A stretch of DNA of 63,993 nucleotides, counting the filler, from Hausera hauseri (lineage: Eukaryota), in assembly GCA_046269625.1 (NCBI GenBank). It is 11 parts of 11 records of this genome, joined end to end, with 100 filler letters (N's around TTAATTAATTAA, not from the genome) between each part and the next. Parts side by side here need not be neighbours in the genome. Positions count along the whole stretch, not along the records: positions 1 to 5,692 come from JBJURY010205745.1; positions 5,793 to 10,458 come from JBJURY010483687.1; positions 10,559 to 15,336 come from JBJURY010438805.1; 8 more parts are not named here. One strand, given 5' to 3'. Shown piece after piece: positions 1 through 10,933 of the stretch (position 1 is the stretch's first letter; the number at the start of each line of letters is the position of its first letter). Both the position numbers and the translations under genes were made by a program. The notes below the pieces were generated by a model. It did no database searches, was not told where the DNA came from, and was given only the letters and a program-made list of their open reading frames with translations.

Positions 1-1311
1 TCGTGGCTACTGCTGCGATCTGCGTTTGATTAGTCCATAAAGGTGTTTCATCTATCCGGGTTGCCATTCGTCGGGTATATTTTATCAGCTCGTTAAAATT
101 GCTGGCTGTATGGAATTTAACTCATTCTCTTAAAGGCGGTAAAAATCCAAGTACAAATTGTTTTATGATCATGGCACCAAATGCGTGTCAACTCAAGCCA
201 AAATATCTATTCATTGACGTTTTAAATTTATTAATGTATGCCAATACCTCTTCATTTGGTTTCTGTTTACAGTTTTGGAATTTCAAATATAAGTTTTCTT
301 GTATGTTAACCTGCTGATTTTGTAGAATCCTTTCTCCGTGTTGTGTCCAAGTTTCATCCATTTGTCTAGGTAAGCGAGTTATTTCCATTTTTAGGTCGTT
401 ATTCACATGCACTGGTAGAAGCAACATTATCTTTTCCTCGTCCCATTGCATGGCTGTTGCTAATGAATCGTATTCGTCTAGTCTAGTCATCCTTTCCTCT
501 GTCCTTACTTGTTCGAGTCGTTCATTTAATTGATTTATACCTTGAGCTAGAGTATCTATTTTACTTATAGTGTGATTGCTTTCTACTTATATTTGCTCTT
601 GCTCGCATATTATAATTGCTACTTTATTTTGTATCCAATTAAACTTTTGATTCGCTTGTTTCTCGTTATTATCAATCTCTACTCTATTTCTATGTAGTGC
701 TGCTATATTGTCAATAGTCTGTTGCAGTGAATTATACATTTGTCTGGAATGGGCATTTACATTTTGTACTAGTTGGTCATTTCTGTCTTCCCATTCATTT
801 AAACTTATGTTACTATCGTTCACTATCTGTTCTGTTTGTGTAGTTCTTTCTTCGACTCTATCTAATCCTATGCCATTATTCATAACATTTGTCTCTATTG
901 TGTGACCTCCTCTTTGTTTAGATATATCTTGTATCTCTCCGTCTGATTCTGTCTTATTCTTAGGTCATCTACATTCACTTGATGTACTACTTAACGTGTT
1001 CGAAATTCTAATTCCTGATTAACTATTCTCTGTTCCAATTGTCGTGAATAAGGTGCATTACGAAATTGCCCTCGAGGTGACCTTCGTCGCCGATTAACTC
1101 CTTGTACCCACTGGTATTGTACTGGAGCTGGTGACATTTGCAGTGGATCAATGTCAAGTAATAATTCTGGAGTTGATGTTGTACTTAAAGCGTCTGAACA
1201 GTTAGCAGAACTAATATTTTCCTCGTTTGAATCAACTTTATTAATTGCTGTTAATTGATTTTGTGCCAGTTGTCCTCGGGATAGGGTATTGTACTGATGT
1301 CCCTGCGCCAT
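1..1311 (-). pseudogene. gag: Decayed Ty3/Gypsy-type gag (N-terminal YNTxSR-like motif, coiled coil, capsid-like domain); runs off contig end
   Basis: ORF pieces 991-1311 (MAQGHQYNTLSRG), 587-883 (coiled coil), 188-490 (RLDEYDSLATAMQWDEEK...FQNCKQKPNEEVLAYINKFK), then FVLGFLPPLREEL after a frameshift; capsid Q-x-x-x-E-x-V-x-x-Y pattern; stops and frameshifts between pieces. Confidence 0.7.
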
Positions 1312-1346
1312 TGTTGCTAAAAGAAATTAAATTGCTACCCATTGTA

Positions 1347-1863
1347 TTACATGTATATAGTACAGGTTTCTTCTATGGGTAATTCACACACAATACATTT
1401 CAATAACGTAGAATATTTACGAACACAGTTTTTACAATGAATAATGTGTCCATATGGTAAAGAAATCGTATTTGATTGATTTTTTCTACAGATTAAACCG
1501 GTCCAAATTGTACAGCTAATATCTGTACATCTTTTTTCCACTTCTTTCTCCTTTTTTTAATGTTAGGGTCAGGTGCTAAACTCTCTGATAGTATTCATCA
1601 TCCATCAATTGCATTTGATATATTTTGTTAATCATTGATTGTAATACCTCATATTGGGCCTTTTCATAAAGTTTTATATCAACCATTGTCAGGTATTTGA
1701 AATACACTAGTTCCATTACCCTGGTAAGTAGAAGGTTGTTGTACAATCTGTACCATCCGTAGGCTATTCTAGGAGGTTGTTTCTTAACGGCTGTTAACTG
1801 AATTGTCCATTTAACAAGATGGATCGGAGTCATGCTACTGGCATCTAAGGATCCTACATACAA
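1347..1863 (-). pseudogene. Decayed protein with C-terminal IAP/MDM2-type RING finger
   Basis: 1347-1541 reads LICRKNQSNTISLPYGHIIHCKNC...KCIVCELPIEETCTIYM*; upstream 1576-1863 ORF is probably the same gene, broken by a stop and frameshift. Confidence 0.6.
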
Positions 1864-2009
1864 TATTATTCAATTTATTACTTTATATTGTTATCTAAAA
1901 GAATCATATATATACGCAGACAGACATTTATTTATTTAATTCAAAATGCATGATTTTATAAATTAGCATTCGAATAAATAGAGATGTTCCCATTGTTCAT
2001 TTCTGGTAA

Positions 2010-2660
2010 TTAGAAACGTGTTATTCTTCTTTCTATATGGCTTCTACAGACTGGGCAGTTCACGGTTTGATTTGAGAATTTATCACACGTTTTCAAATGT
2101 TCACATGGTAAAAAATGACTTGTGCTAAATTCACATAGAAAACCACATATTTCAAATCGCGCAAATATAGATAATTAAGAATATTTTGTTCAGGTTGCTC
2201 TGTTTTTCTAAGGAAATAAAATTTAAATTCAGAAGTAATTCGAACGCATTTGGTGACCAATCTGGTTGAGTTTCTTTTCGATATTTTATATATCATAGTA
2301 TATTTTCACGCTTTGTAGGATGTCGGGATATTAATGACATGGCTATTTGGCTGTCTTGATAACTTTCATAAAGATTTCCAACATTGAATTATATTCGGCT
2401 TTGTCTTCTAATACAACTTTTTGGAACTTCATATATTGAATATTCACATTCAGTAGTGTGTAATATTTTCGGACATTGTTGGTCAATCTTTTCTAACAGA
2501 TCCGTCTCAATTAAGCATATGGTACATTTTACACATAGGGCTTCTCCTTTTATTATTAGTATTAATCCTTGCTCTGACAAGTGTTCAATATTTTTATTTC
2601 CTTTGAAAATTAACTTTCTCTTTTGTACAGTATTTAAAATTAAGTATAATTTTTTTCCAC
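2010..2660 (-). pseudogene. IAP-like gene: BIR-like domain, linker, C-terminal RING
   Basis: Manual translation NTVQKRKLIFKGNKNIEHLSEQGLILIIKGEALCVKCTIC...CPKILHTTECEY fits BIR (R..TF..., LA.AG, VxCxxC...H...C); distal LKYVVFYVNLAQVIF/PCEHLKTCDKFSNQTVNCPVCRSHIERRITRF* is an IAP-type RING with a 1-nt frameshift. Confidence 0.6.
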
Positions 2661-3260
2661 TGTATTGTCTTTTGAGTAAACTATCCGTATTGTTATTGTC
2701 GCATCACAATCAGCATCCTTGTCTATATCAGGTTAGTTTAGTAAAGGTATCTGTTAGTAATACGTTGTTGACGTTAATATTTAATAAATAAAAACATGTA
2801 GGATATAATTTTTTATGCATCCTTTTTGGTTGGTCCCTCGTGGACTCATTGAAATTCTCCTTGGCAATAAAGGCATTTTATATGTTCTGTTGTAGTTCGG
2901 AATAATCCCGATATCGCGTATAACCGTGCTAATTCTCCTGGGACGGATGAATTTGGATTAGTTGAAAAGGATATTTTCCTTGTTTGTGCATCTGAATAAT
3001 TCGTTTATTACTTTCAACTTAGTATAATTTATTATTATTTTTTTAATTGATGTTGGCCCTTTTTGTCTATTTCGATAATACAACAAATATCCTATTGTAT
3101 TAGGTTGGGTTAATCCTTGATATTCATATTTTTTGGCGTCCGAATTTTTGTATTTTTGACCGTCAACATTTCAAGCGTAACTAAAATATGTATAGGTGAA
3201 TTCATTTTTAAACATGTCATTATCGTATTATATCAACATGACAACTAAACTAAATTTTAT

Positions 3261-3545
3261 TTACAATCTTTCTATAGTATAATAGTCAAGTCCTTTCTTA
3301 AAGATTCGGTTGATTCCCCGACATAGTGGACATACGGTGGATATTATAAACCACTCTTTTACACAATTCAGACAAAATTCATGACGAAAATTCGTTAATG
3401 TCACAGAGTCAACCGAATAGGAACTCAGACAGATAGCACATGCAGGTCCTATGGGTGCAAAAGTTCCCTGTGGGTTATAGGTGAAATAAATATTCACTAC
3501 TGTGTGGTGACAATGAATTTGAAATCCATAGTTTAGTGCGTACAT
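3261..3545 (-). CDS. Small RING-finger protein (one ligand Cys changed to Phe)
   Basis: CAICLSSYSVDSVTLTNFRHEFCLNCVKEWFIISTVCPLCR. Confidence 0.8.
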   Translation of the reverse strand: MYALNYGFQIHCHHTVVNIYFTYNPQGTFAPIGPACAICLSSYSVDSVTLTNFRHEFCLNCVKEWFIISTVCPLCRGINRIFKKGLDYYTIERL

Positions 3546-3698
3546 TCTGCATATCAGACAGAGAAGACCTTAATGAACGAATGTCAATAATTCATAAGTA
3601 AAACCACTTCATCAATTTTATTAGTAATTAATTCTCATAATAGTTTAAATTTACAGTTTAGCAATCATATATGGCCGGGAATTTCTCCACTCGTCGGG

Positions 3699-4088
3699 TC
3701 AATTATCTTCATCTTCATGAATTATGAGGCTTATTGACGCTCGTCCATCAATGTTCATATATATTATTAATCCTCCCAAAGAGTAGAAGTCTGCATATTC
3801 ATAACAGGAAGGGCATAATGGATATGCCTTTAGATGTTCAGTTATACAGGTCGGATAGAAGGCGTGTTGACAAGAAAGTACTGCTAGTGTATCAGCCACT
3901 AAATTAAGGTATATTGAACAAAATGCACATGTCCGTCTGCAACATTGACAAGTGGTCTACTCAGCTAATCAGGTATATATACAAATCCGACAATACTGAT
4001 GATCGCAAGGTAACACAGTCTTTTCCAATGTCAAATCTTCCAAGCAAATTGGGCAGGTTTCTACAAAATAACAACATTCAGTTTCCAT
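3699..4088 (-). pseudogene. Tandem double-RING protein with two in-frame stops
   Basis: From ATG 4088: METECCYFVETCPICLEDLTLEKTVLPCDHQYCRICIYT*LAE*TTCQCCRRTCAFCSIYLNLVADTLAVLSCQHAFYPTCITEHLKAYPLCPSC; one frame through to stop at 3699. Confidence 0.8.
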
Positions 4089-4136
4089 ATTAATGCATTA
4101 AATTTCTATTATTTATTAAATATCACACGCTATTAC

Positions 4137-4310
4137 TCATAGTTCATTTAGTTTGTACAACAATACATTTAGTTCTTCGATATCTGGAGGGGTTAATGCA
4201 CAGATTGGATATAATAGCTGATAACTTTCATCCAATGTAGCGATGTCCAATTCAATAGTTTCTTCACAGCAACTGCATTTAAATTGATGATCCTCCTCTC
4301 CTAGCTCCAT
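4137..4310 (-). CDS. Small putative zinc-ribbon ORF
   Basis: MELGEEDHQFKCSCCEETIELDIATLDESYQLLYPICALTPPDIEELNVLLYKLNEL; CxxC plus degenerate xPxC; same strand as the RING cassette. Confidence 0.35.
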   Translation of the reverse strand: MELGEEDHQFKCSCCEETIELDIATLDESYQLLYPICALTPPDIEELNVLLYKLNEL

Positions 4311-4470
4311 GATGAATTTTCACAGAATGCAAGAATTTTGTTCCCCTATTGTGGTGATTAAATATTTTCGACATATAACGCAAGCTGAAAATCAGTATTA
4401 TCTGACATATTTATATACAATCCGTCATCCAATTTAAGTGTCTTTAATTTCATTATTTCTTAATTTTAAT

Positions 4471-4533
4471 AAATATCTACTATCTTTTCAACTTAAATAT
4501 CTATCATCCTTTCGACTTAAATATCTATTATCT
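4471..4533. repeat. Short imperfect 24-bp tandem repeat (about 2.5 copies)
   Basis: AAATATCTACTATCTTTTCAACTT / AAATATCTATCATCCTTTCGACTT / AAATATCTATTATC. Confidence 0.7.
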
Positions 4534-4778
4534 ATCATCTTTTGGACTTCCTCTAATTCACGTCACACTTAGTTTCTTCCTCTTAATACCAAAAGTTTTA
4601 TCTTATAAATTCTAGTCAGTGGAAAATTATTCGTTTTAAACACTTGATAATAGCACATTAACAACATAATGCATTCTTGACACCGTCTAATTGGTCATTT
4701 TCTCCTTTCCATAACTTCATGCAAATGCGGCTGATTCTCAGATTATATATCAACAAAACGGTGCAGGTATATATTTAA

Positions 4779-5129
4779 TCAGTTATAATACATTCGTGGT
4801 AATTCAATGAGTCTTCCATTTACACCTAATATCAAGATTCTGTTAGATCCTTCTTCTTCACCGGGAAGTACCACGATGGTAGCACCCCAACACTGATAAC
4901 CCGTCGTTTTCCGGCGGCAAGATGGGCAAGTTTTGTTCCTACGCAGCCAATTATCCGCACATTGAATACACATAATATGTGTGCAGCGAAATAGAGCATA
5001 TTTCATACCCAAATGATTATAGCAAATTTTACATCTAGTACCTATAAGAATATAAATTACGGATTTGTCATTATCATTATATGCATCCTTAAAGATTATC
5101 GTGAAGAAATTCTTCCTTACCCGGGGCAC
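4779..5129 (-). CDS. C3HC4 RING-finger protein (intact motif; start codon uncertain)
   Basis: CKICYNHLGMKYALFRCTHIMCIQCADNWLRRNKTCPSCR. Confidence 0.85.
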   Translation of the reverse strand: MPRVRKNFFTIIFKDAYNDNDKSVIYILIGTRCKICYNHLGMKYALFRCTHIMCIQCADNWLRRNKTCPSCRRKTTGYQCWGATIVVLPGEEEGSNRILILGVNGRLIELPRMYYN

Positions 5130-5792
5130 CAGTTTTTATGTTAGGCTACAGTGTATGGAGGATTTTTAGAGATTTTATTCCTAATTTCGACATAACCAAC
5201 ATAAAAACGGAAATACGTATGAAGGGTGATGAATGTTCAATGGTGGTTTGACAACTACGTTGTCTGCAACTGTCATTTGTAAATTTCACCTGGGTAAGTT
5301 GTAAAATGGAATAGATTATTAAAATTGATTTCACCTATTAGTGGATCTGTTTTATCTATATTGGATTTCAAATTCAAATCTTTTATACTATATTGTTATT
5401 TATTCCAAGATATTTAAGTATAAGGTTGCCATTTTTATAGCTTTGTGGGGCCTTAATCAATAATCATGATTTTAATATTAAAGGTATATTAAGAATATCT
5501 TAACTGGTATATTAGGAATATCTTATCGTATCTACCTAAATAATGTAACAAAAAAATAAAGGTATCTGATTTCGCATTGATATTTTGTGTCAAGTATGGA
5601 ATTATTAGTCTTATTAATTTGAACTGTTGTAACAGGTTTTTGCTAAATTGTATTGGCTAAAATTTAGTATACAGATGAGCCGTGATTCACTTNNNNNNNN
5701 NNNNNNNNNNNNNNNNNNNNNNNNNNNNNNNNNNNNTTAATTAATTAANNNNNNNNNNNNNNNNNNNNNNNNNNNNNNNNNNNNNNNNNNNN

Positions 5793-6645
5793 GGTATTTG
5801 GTCGCGAGACTTAGTTAAACAATTGATTTTGGCTAGACCTGAAAATTTTGAAGGAACGTTACGATTAGCTCAAGATTTAGAAATGGCGCTAGATAGATAC
5901 ACCAGACAACGATAGAAATGACAGGAATAATGATCGAAATGACCGGAATGACAGAAACCGCAATGGTAATCGTGGAAGAGACGACAGACGATTTTCGGGT
6001 AACAGAAATTATTGGAATAGGAATAATAATCGCGGTTACAGAAATGGCAGAGGTAGTAATTATACTAATTCGAACAGGTCAGACTCTAATTCGGATAGGA
6101 ATAGAGAAAATTATAAAGGCTCAAACTACTCGAATCAAAACGGCGATAACCGAAATAACGATAATAGACGAACTGCCGACAATGTGCAAAGTTTGTCAAA
6201 TCAGTATAGTAAGGATATAAATAGATTGAAGTCGCCAGTGAACGAAGACGGTCGACAGAGAGTCGGCAGAAATGGGAATTTGGTTTGTTGTACTTGTGGC
6301 AAAGAAGGACACATCTCAAGGTCATGTCCAAATCCGAGTAGCGTTTCATTTACCGAACGAAATAAGACTAGTATGATTAGAACTAATGAGAACTTAGAAG
6401 CAAAGTATGGCGTTCGTGGAGATACAAACACTATTATCGATATACAGGATTTGAGAAAATTTTTGGATGTTCAGCCAGATACTACGAACTTACAAATTTT
6501 GATGGCCAGAAGAGAATGCGGAGATGAGCTAAGATTACTGGAAGTATATCACTGCTTAGTAGAACCAGAAACTGAATACGAACACGTGATAGAACCCAAA
6601 CGTAGTGAAATGACACGAAAAAAATTGTGTTCCAACAAGCAATAA
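5793..6645 (+). pseudogene. gag: Retrotransposon gag C-terminus: capsid end, R/N-rich tract, CCHC zinc knuckle
   Basis: IWSRDLVKQLILARPENFEGTLRLAQDLE, frameshift near 5910, RNDRNNDRND... tract, then CCTCGKEGHISRSC (CX2CX4HX4C). Confidence 0.8.
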
Positions 6646-9194
6646 ACCATCCGATAAACCAGACTCATCGACGGCAGTCGACTTGGACGCAGAGACTGAG
6701 TTTACAGCTAAAAAAGTAGATAGGTTTACTGAAGATGATGTAGCAGAAAAAGAATTTATGGAACCGTTAATACTTAAAATTTCGAAAAATAGAGGCCGTA
6801 GCCCTTCTCTAAAAACGAAATGAAGAAGTCGTTCACGCTCCAAAATAACTAGAGAGAAAATTAAAAAAACAGAAAACCCGAATGTCGTTGTAGGAGGCAA
6901 CACGGACCATAGTTTGAATGTGCCGGAGGTTGGTTTATTCACACCTGTCGGAGCAGCGGAGTCTATAGAGTCGATTAATGAAATTAACGAGATTTGCCCA
7001 ATTCCCATTAGTGAGGAAGATACAACGAGTACCGACGATTTTGATGCAAAGAAATGGAAAGTCCGACATTTATGGAAAAATGCCAATGAATTGAGGAAAA
7101 TGAGAAATAAAGGATATGGTCAGAAATATTACAGGGTGTCCTAGAAAAGCTTAAACAATTTAGCGAACAAGTAGACATATCCGGAAAAGAGCAACAGTTC
7201 GCTGAAAGGTTATATAGAAGTTTGAAACTGCGTAGCGAAAGGAAGTCTATAGAAGCAATCGACTTAGAACAACCCGAAGAGGTATCAGCCAAAACGTTGT
7301 CAAAATGGAAGCAGGAATTGGAATTGTGGATTAAAAATGGGTTTGAATTTTCGGAAGGATAGAGTAAAAATGAAGAGAGTGTCGATGTAAAAATTACTAA
7401 GGCTCAAACGCTATTATCGATTTTGGAAGAAAACCCAAAATTGAAGAGAGTAGTCCGTAATTTAGAACGTATGATGGACGAAATTCGGTATGCAATAATT
7501 AAACGACTTAAGGGAAAACCGGTTAACCACCGCAGTAACATCGACTTAGAAATATTGGGTATAGACCTAGTAAATATTCCTCCCTTAATGGAGATGATTA
7601 AACTTACGTTCGCCGTATCTAGACGATATACGAATTTAGAAAGTCGTATTAAAATAGAAAATGAAATACGAGCACAAATTTTAAGTTTGAGAAATCGAAT
7701 TATGTTCCCAAACAACGAGGATACTCGATATACAATAAAGGCTTGTATCGTAGAATTGGACGAGTATAGGGACGAGTTTAGTTATATCGGTCGAGTTATG
7801 AATTTCCTAAAAAAACAGACGATGAGTTAGAAGATGCATATAGGATGCTAGATAAAGCCATAATGGCGAAACAAGTAATCGCAAATCAATTGTCGGAATG
7901 GTCCTAGTTAGTAACGCGACTAACCAAATCGGTAGAAGATCGTAAAACAAAATTTCCGCAAAGCGAGCCAACGGCGAAGAAGCAACTAGAGGAAAGTGCA
8001 CACGATTTAGCCACGATGCGAATAGAAATAGACATCCGTATTCAATTTGAAGCGCTACGACGACTAAAATTTATGGGAAAGGAACGAGACGCATCGAATA
8101 TGGAGGAAATCTACAAATTGATCGAAGAGACGAATTTTACAGAGAAACGGAATATGATTTGCGATGTAAATTCAAAGCTAAGGATTGCCCGGTTAGAAGG
8201 GATTCTATATTTAACCGGGAAACCAATCGACGAAATTTCTGTACCAGACATTGAAATCTTGGACATTTGTCCAGAATATCAAGATACGTTAACGGACGAA
8301 ATAAGATTCTTACACAAACCTCAAGAATGGATGGCCGGATCAGACCAGAATTTCCATACCAAGTTGATAGAAATCGGAAACGATCCACATTTTAGCTTTC
8401 AAGAACGCAAGTTTGTAAAGAAATTGTCGGATGCAATGGACTATGATTCAAAGGTTATAAATGAGCTGTATGAGTTAGCCTATTTATTAGTGGAAATGGC
8501 AGAAATCAGCGATGAGCAGATGAGGCAATTGATGCCAAAGATACAAAAATTAGAAAAAACATGTATCAAAACAAAACAAAGAGCGACAAGGTTAGAGAAA
8601 ATAACAAAAGAGCTTGAAGTCTATCAAAACAAATATGCTTTTACCGAATTATAGATTAAGAATAAACAAGCATTTGTACAAAGATGGCAAAAAGATGTAA
8701 TCATCGAACTAACGGATTATCACCAAAAGCTACTCATCGACTCTAACGAATTCGGTGAATTACTAAAAATGATCCAATATGCCTGTGGAAATGGAGTAGG
8801 TTTTTGGACTACGCAGATGAAAGAAATACAACCTAGGTTAAAAGAAATTCGGGAAAATGTGCAAAGAACAAGTGTAGCCTTAGTAGGCGCTGAACTCCCA
8901 GATGTCAGTAATGAGCCAGAATGGGATGCATACTTATACGCAATGCTGACCGAAAAGCCCATGACTCCAGTACAATGGAATGAGATAGACACGTGCCCGC
9001 AGAACAGAAGATTTGATGTAAAAATGCTACTGGATTCAGCGCTGACTGAAAAAGATTTGATTGAATTAATTAAAGTAAATATTACTGAAAATAAATTAAG
9101 ACAACTTATTCCAACTTTAACTAAATTGTCCAGTGAGAACACGATTTATAGCACGGTGCCGAAACTTTTGATAAGAAATTTGCTAAAATTTTAA
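6640..9194 (+). pseudogene. Chain of co-oriented helical/charged hypothetical ORFs (6914-7144, 7423-7830, 8016-8654, 8769-9194), probably one or a few broken long ORFs
   Basis: Purine-rich coding-like + strand; frames resume across isolated stops; no protease, RT or integrase motifs recognised. Confidence 0.5.
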
Positions 9195-9214
9195 GGAATA
9201 AACCTGAGGTAGCG

Positions 9215-9784
9215 ATGAGAGTGATGGTATCATCCGAGTGGATGGACGAAAAAGAATGTGAGTTAACTACATATTCTTATGTAAGGGACGTGCGAGAATG
9301 GTTATTAAATAATGGTGGAACAAATGAGTTAAACTACAGATTTTACTTTATAGATAAAATACTCGACGACCTAAAACAACTAATAGATGTCGGGATTATT
9401 CCCAACAAAACAAACCAAATAGTAGCAATAATAGCTAACGATCAGACAAAAGAAGAAGCCACACGTAAGGCTAAAGTGAAACAATGGATAGGACAAATTA
9501 TGGGAGTTTGCGACGCTGAACTGTATTTTGAGTATTTACAAACGGACGAGAATAAGGAACAATACGACATAAATTTAGTACCACTAAGTGTAACAACCAC
9601 TAAGGGTCCAAGACCGAAACGCCCAGTAGGCAGGCCTAGAAAAGCGCGAGAAGAACTGGATTACAGTGGAGAGTTAATTAGAGAATTAAGACAGATGTCG
9701 ATTCCAACTCTTAGCACAGATAATGAGGAATTAAGGAAGTTAATAAAAAATTTAATACGAATTGTAAATTATTCCAGTCTTTGA
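9215..9784 (+). CDS. Ubiquitin-like domain protein with AT-hook
   Basis: N-terminus MRVMVSS...YVRDVREWL...YRFYFIDKILDDLKQLIDVGI fits the Ubl pattern (TVxDLK...RLxFxGKxLxD...LxDYGI); RPVGRPRK AT-hook. Confidence 0.65.
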   Translation: MRVMVSSEWMDEKECELTTYSYVRDVREWLLNNGGTNELNYRFYFIDKILDDLKQLIDVGIIPNKTNQIVAIIANDQTKEEATRKAKVKQWIGQIMGVCDAELYFEYLQTDENKEQYDINLVPLSVTTTKGPRPKRPVGRPRKAREELDYSGELIRELRQMSIPTLSTDNEELRKLIKNLIRIVNYSSL

Positions 9785-9793
9785 GGTGATGTA

Positions 9794-10458
9794 TTGGATG
9801 ATAAGGAGAAGATAATATTTGATGCAGCTAAGATGATGCTGAGTTCGCGTTTTAAACTATCAAAAAGTAACTTAACCGATAAATCGGTAATCGATAAGAT
9901 TATGGTAGAAAACATCAACGAGGGGTTGAGAAAAGTGTTATTATATTTACCTATCAAAATAAATCCTAATGGAGAGAACGAAATTAATAGGGCTATAAGC
10001 TTAGCACGGAAAGCAGCAAGAAGAATGCATTGCGAAGTAAATTGGGCAAGACTCTTTGATAAGGAACAGGACAAACGAAACAACAATAAACTTGACGATA
10101 TGTTACGTAACCTGACAACGTCGGACGTCGGAGGTCGGAAGAATGAATCAAATTGGATAATTAGCTTGCTCACCTTGATGATGCTAATAAAGCATATAGG
10201 CGCTGTAACCGTCTATGATTGCGAGAAGTTTAAATTAGGACAGAGATATTCCTTAATGGATCTGGAAGTATGCGAGGATGCCAAAACGCGCAAACTGGAA
10301 GCAAGAGAGAAAAGTTACTTCCTGTATCTACAACAAGAATTGGTATCCTTAGATCGAATGGAGTGCATGCTGAAACCATTGCGTAAAATTTTTCACTGTG
10401 GACTAGTACACGGACACTCCTCCATAATCAAGACAACTACTCCACTAATTCCGATAAA
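9794..10458 (+). CDS. env: Chuvirus-like (Jingchuvirales-type) envelope glycoprotein, N-terminal part, truncated by contig end
   Basis: Hydrophobic signal WIISLLTLMMLIKHIGA followed by VYDC...YSLMDLEVC...LYLQ...C...IFHCGLVHGHSSII, matching the YDC...SLxDxxxC...C...CGxHxHxS pattern of chuviral G proteins. Confidence 0.7.
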
Positions 10459-10933
10459 NNNNNNNNNNNNNNNNNNNNNNNNNNNNNNNNNNNNNNNNNN
10501 NNTTAATTAATTAANNNNNNNNNNNNNNNNNNNNNNNNNNNNNNNNNNNNNNNNNNNNCTAAAACAAGTAAAGAAGCCCATTTGGAAAATGGTTTTAGTT
10601 ATATAACAAAATTAAAACAAATTATTACAGCGGGTTATTTCAATTTATTTCTGTGAAATCCACGTTGGATGCATTGGAAAAATTGAACAATAGCGTCATA
10701 AAAACCAAACATGTGAATAAATTTTATTAGTTTTTGAGGTGTGTTTGTCCATAGCATCAAACATGGAATTCCCGACTGTGATGCTCGTTTGTAAGTTTCC
10801 TGATATGTTGACGAGAATAACCAGATGATCACGTCTGACAAATCGTATCGGATAATACATTTTAAAACATTACAATGTGTCAATAAGAAATAAAAATATC
10901 AAATGACTATAAATTATTATTAACTCTACACAG

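Noticed and set aside
3950-3975. Alternative genetic code in contig 1 (TGA=Trp, TAG=Gln)
   Set aside because: Frameshifts and Cys-to-Tyr/Phe losses in neighbouring genes indicate ordinary decay; TGG and CAA/CAG are used normally.
5693-5792. Recurrent TTAATTAATTAA palindrome inside N-runs, and ORFs crossing it
   Set aside because: Artificial concatenation linker; ORFs containing X runs are truncated artefacts.
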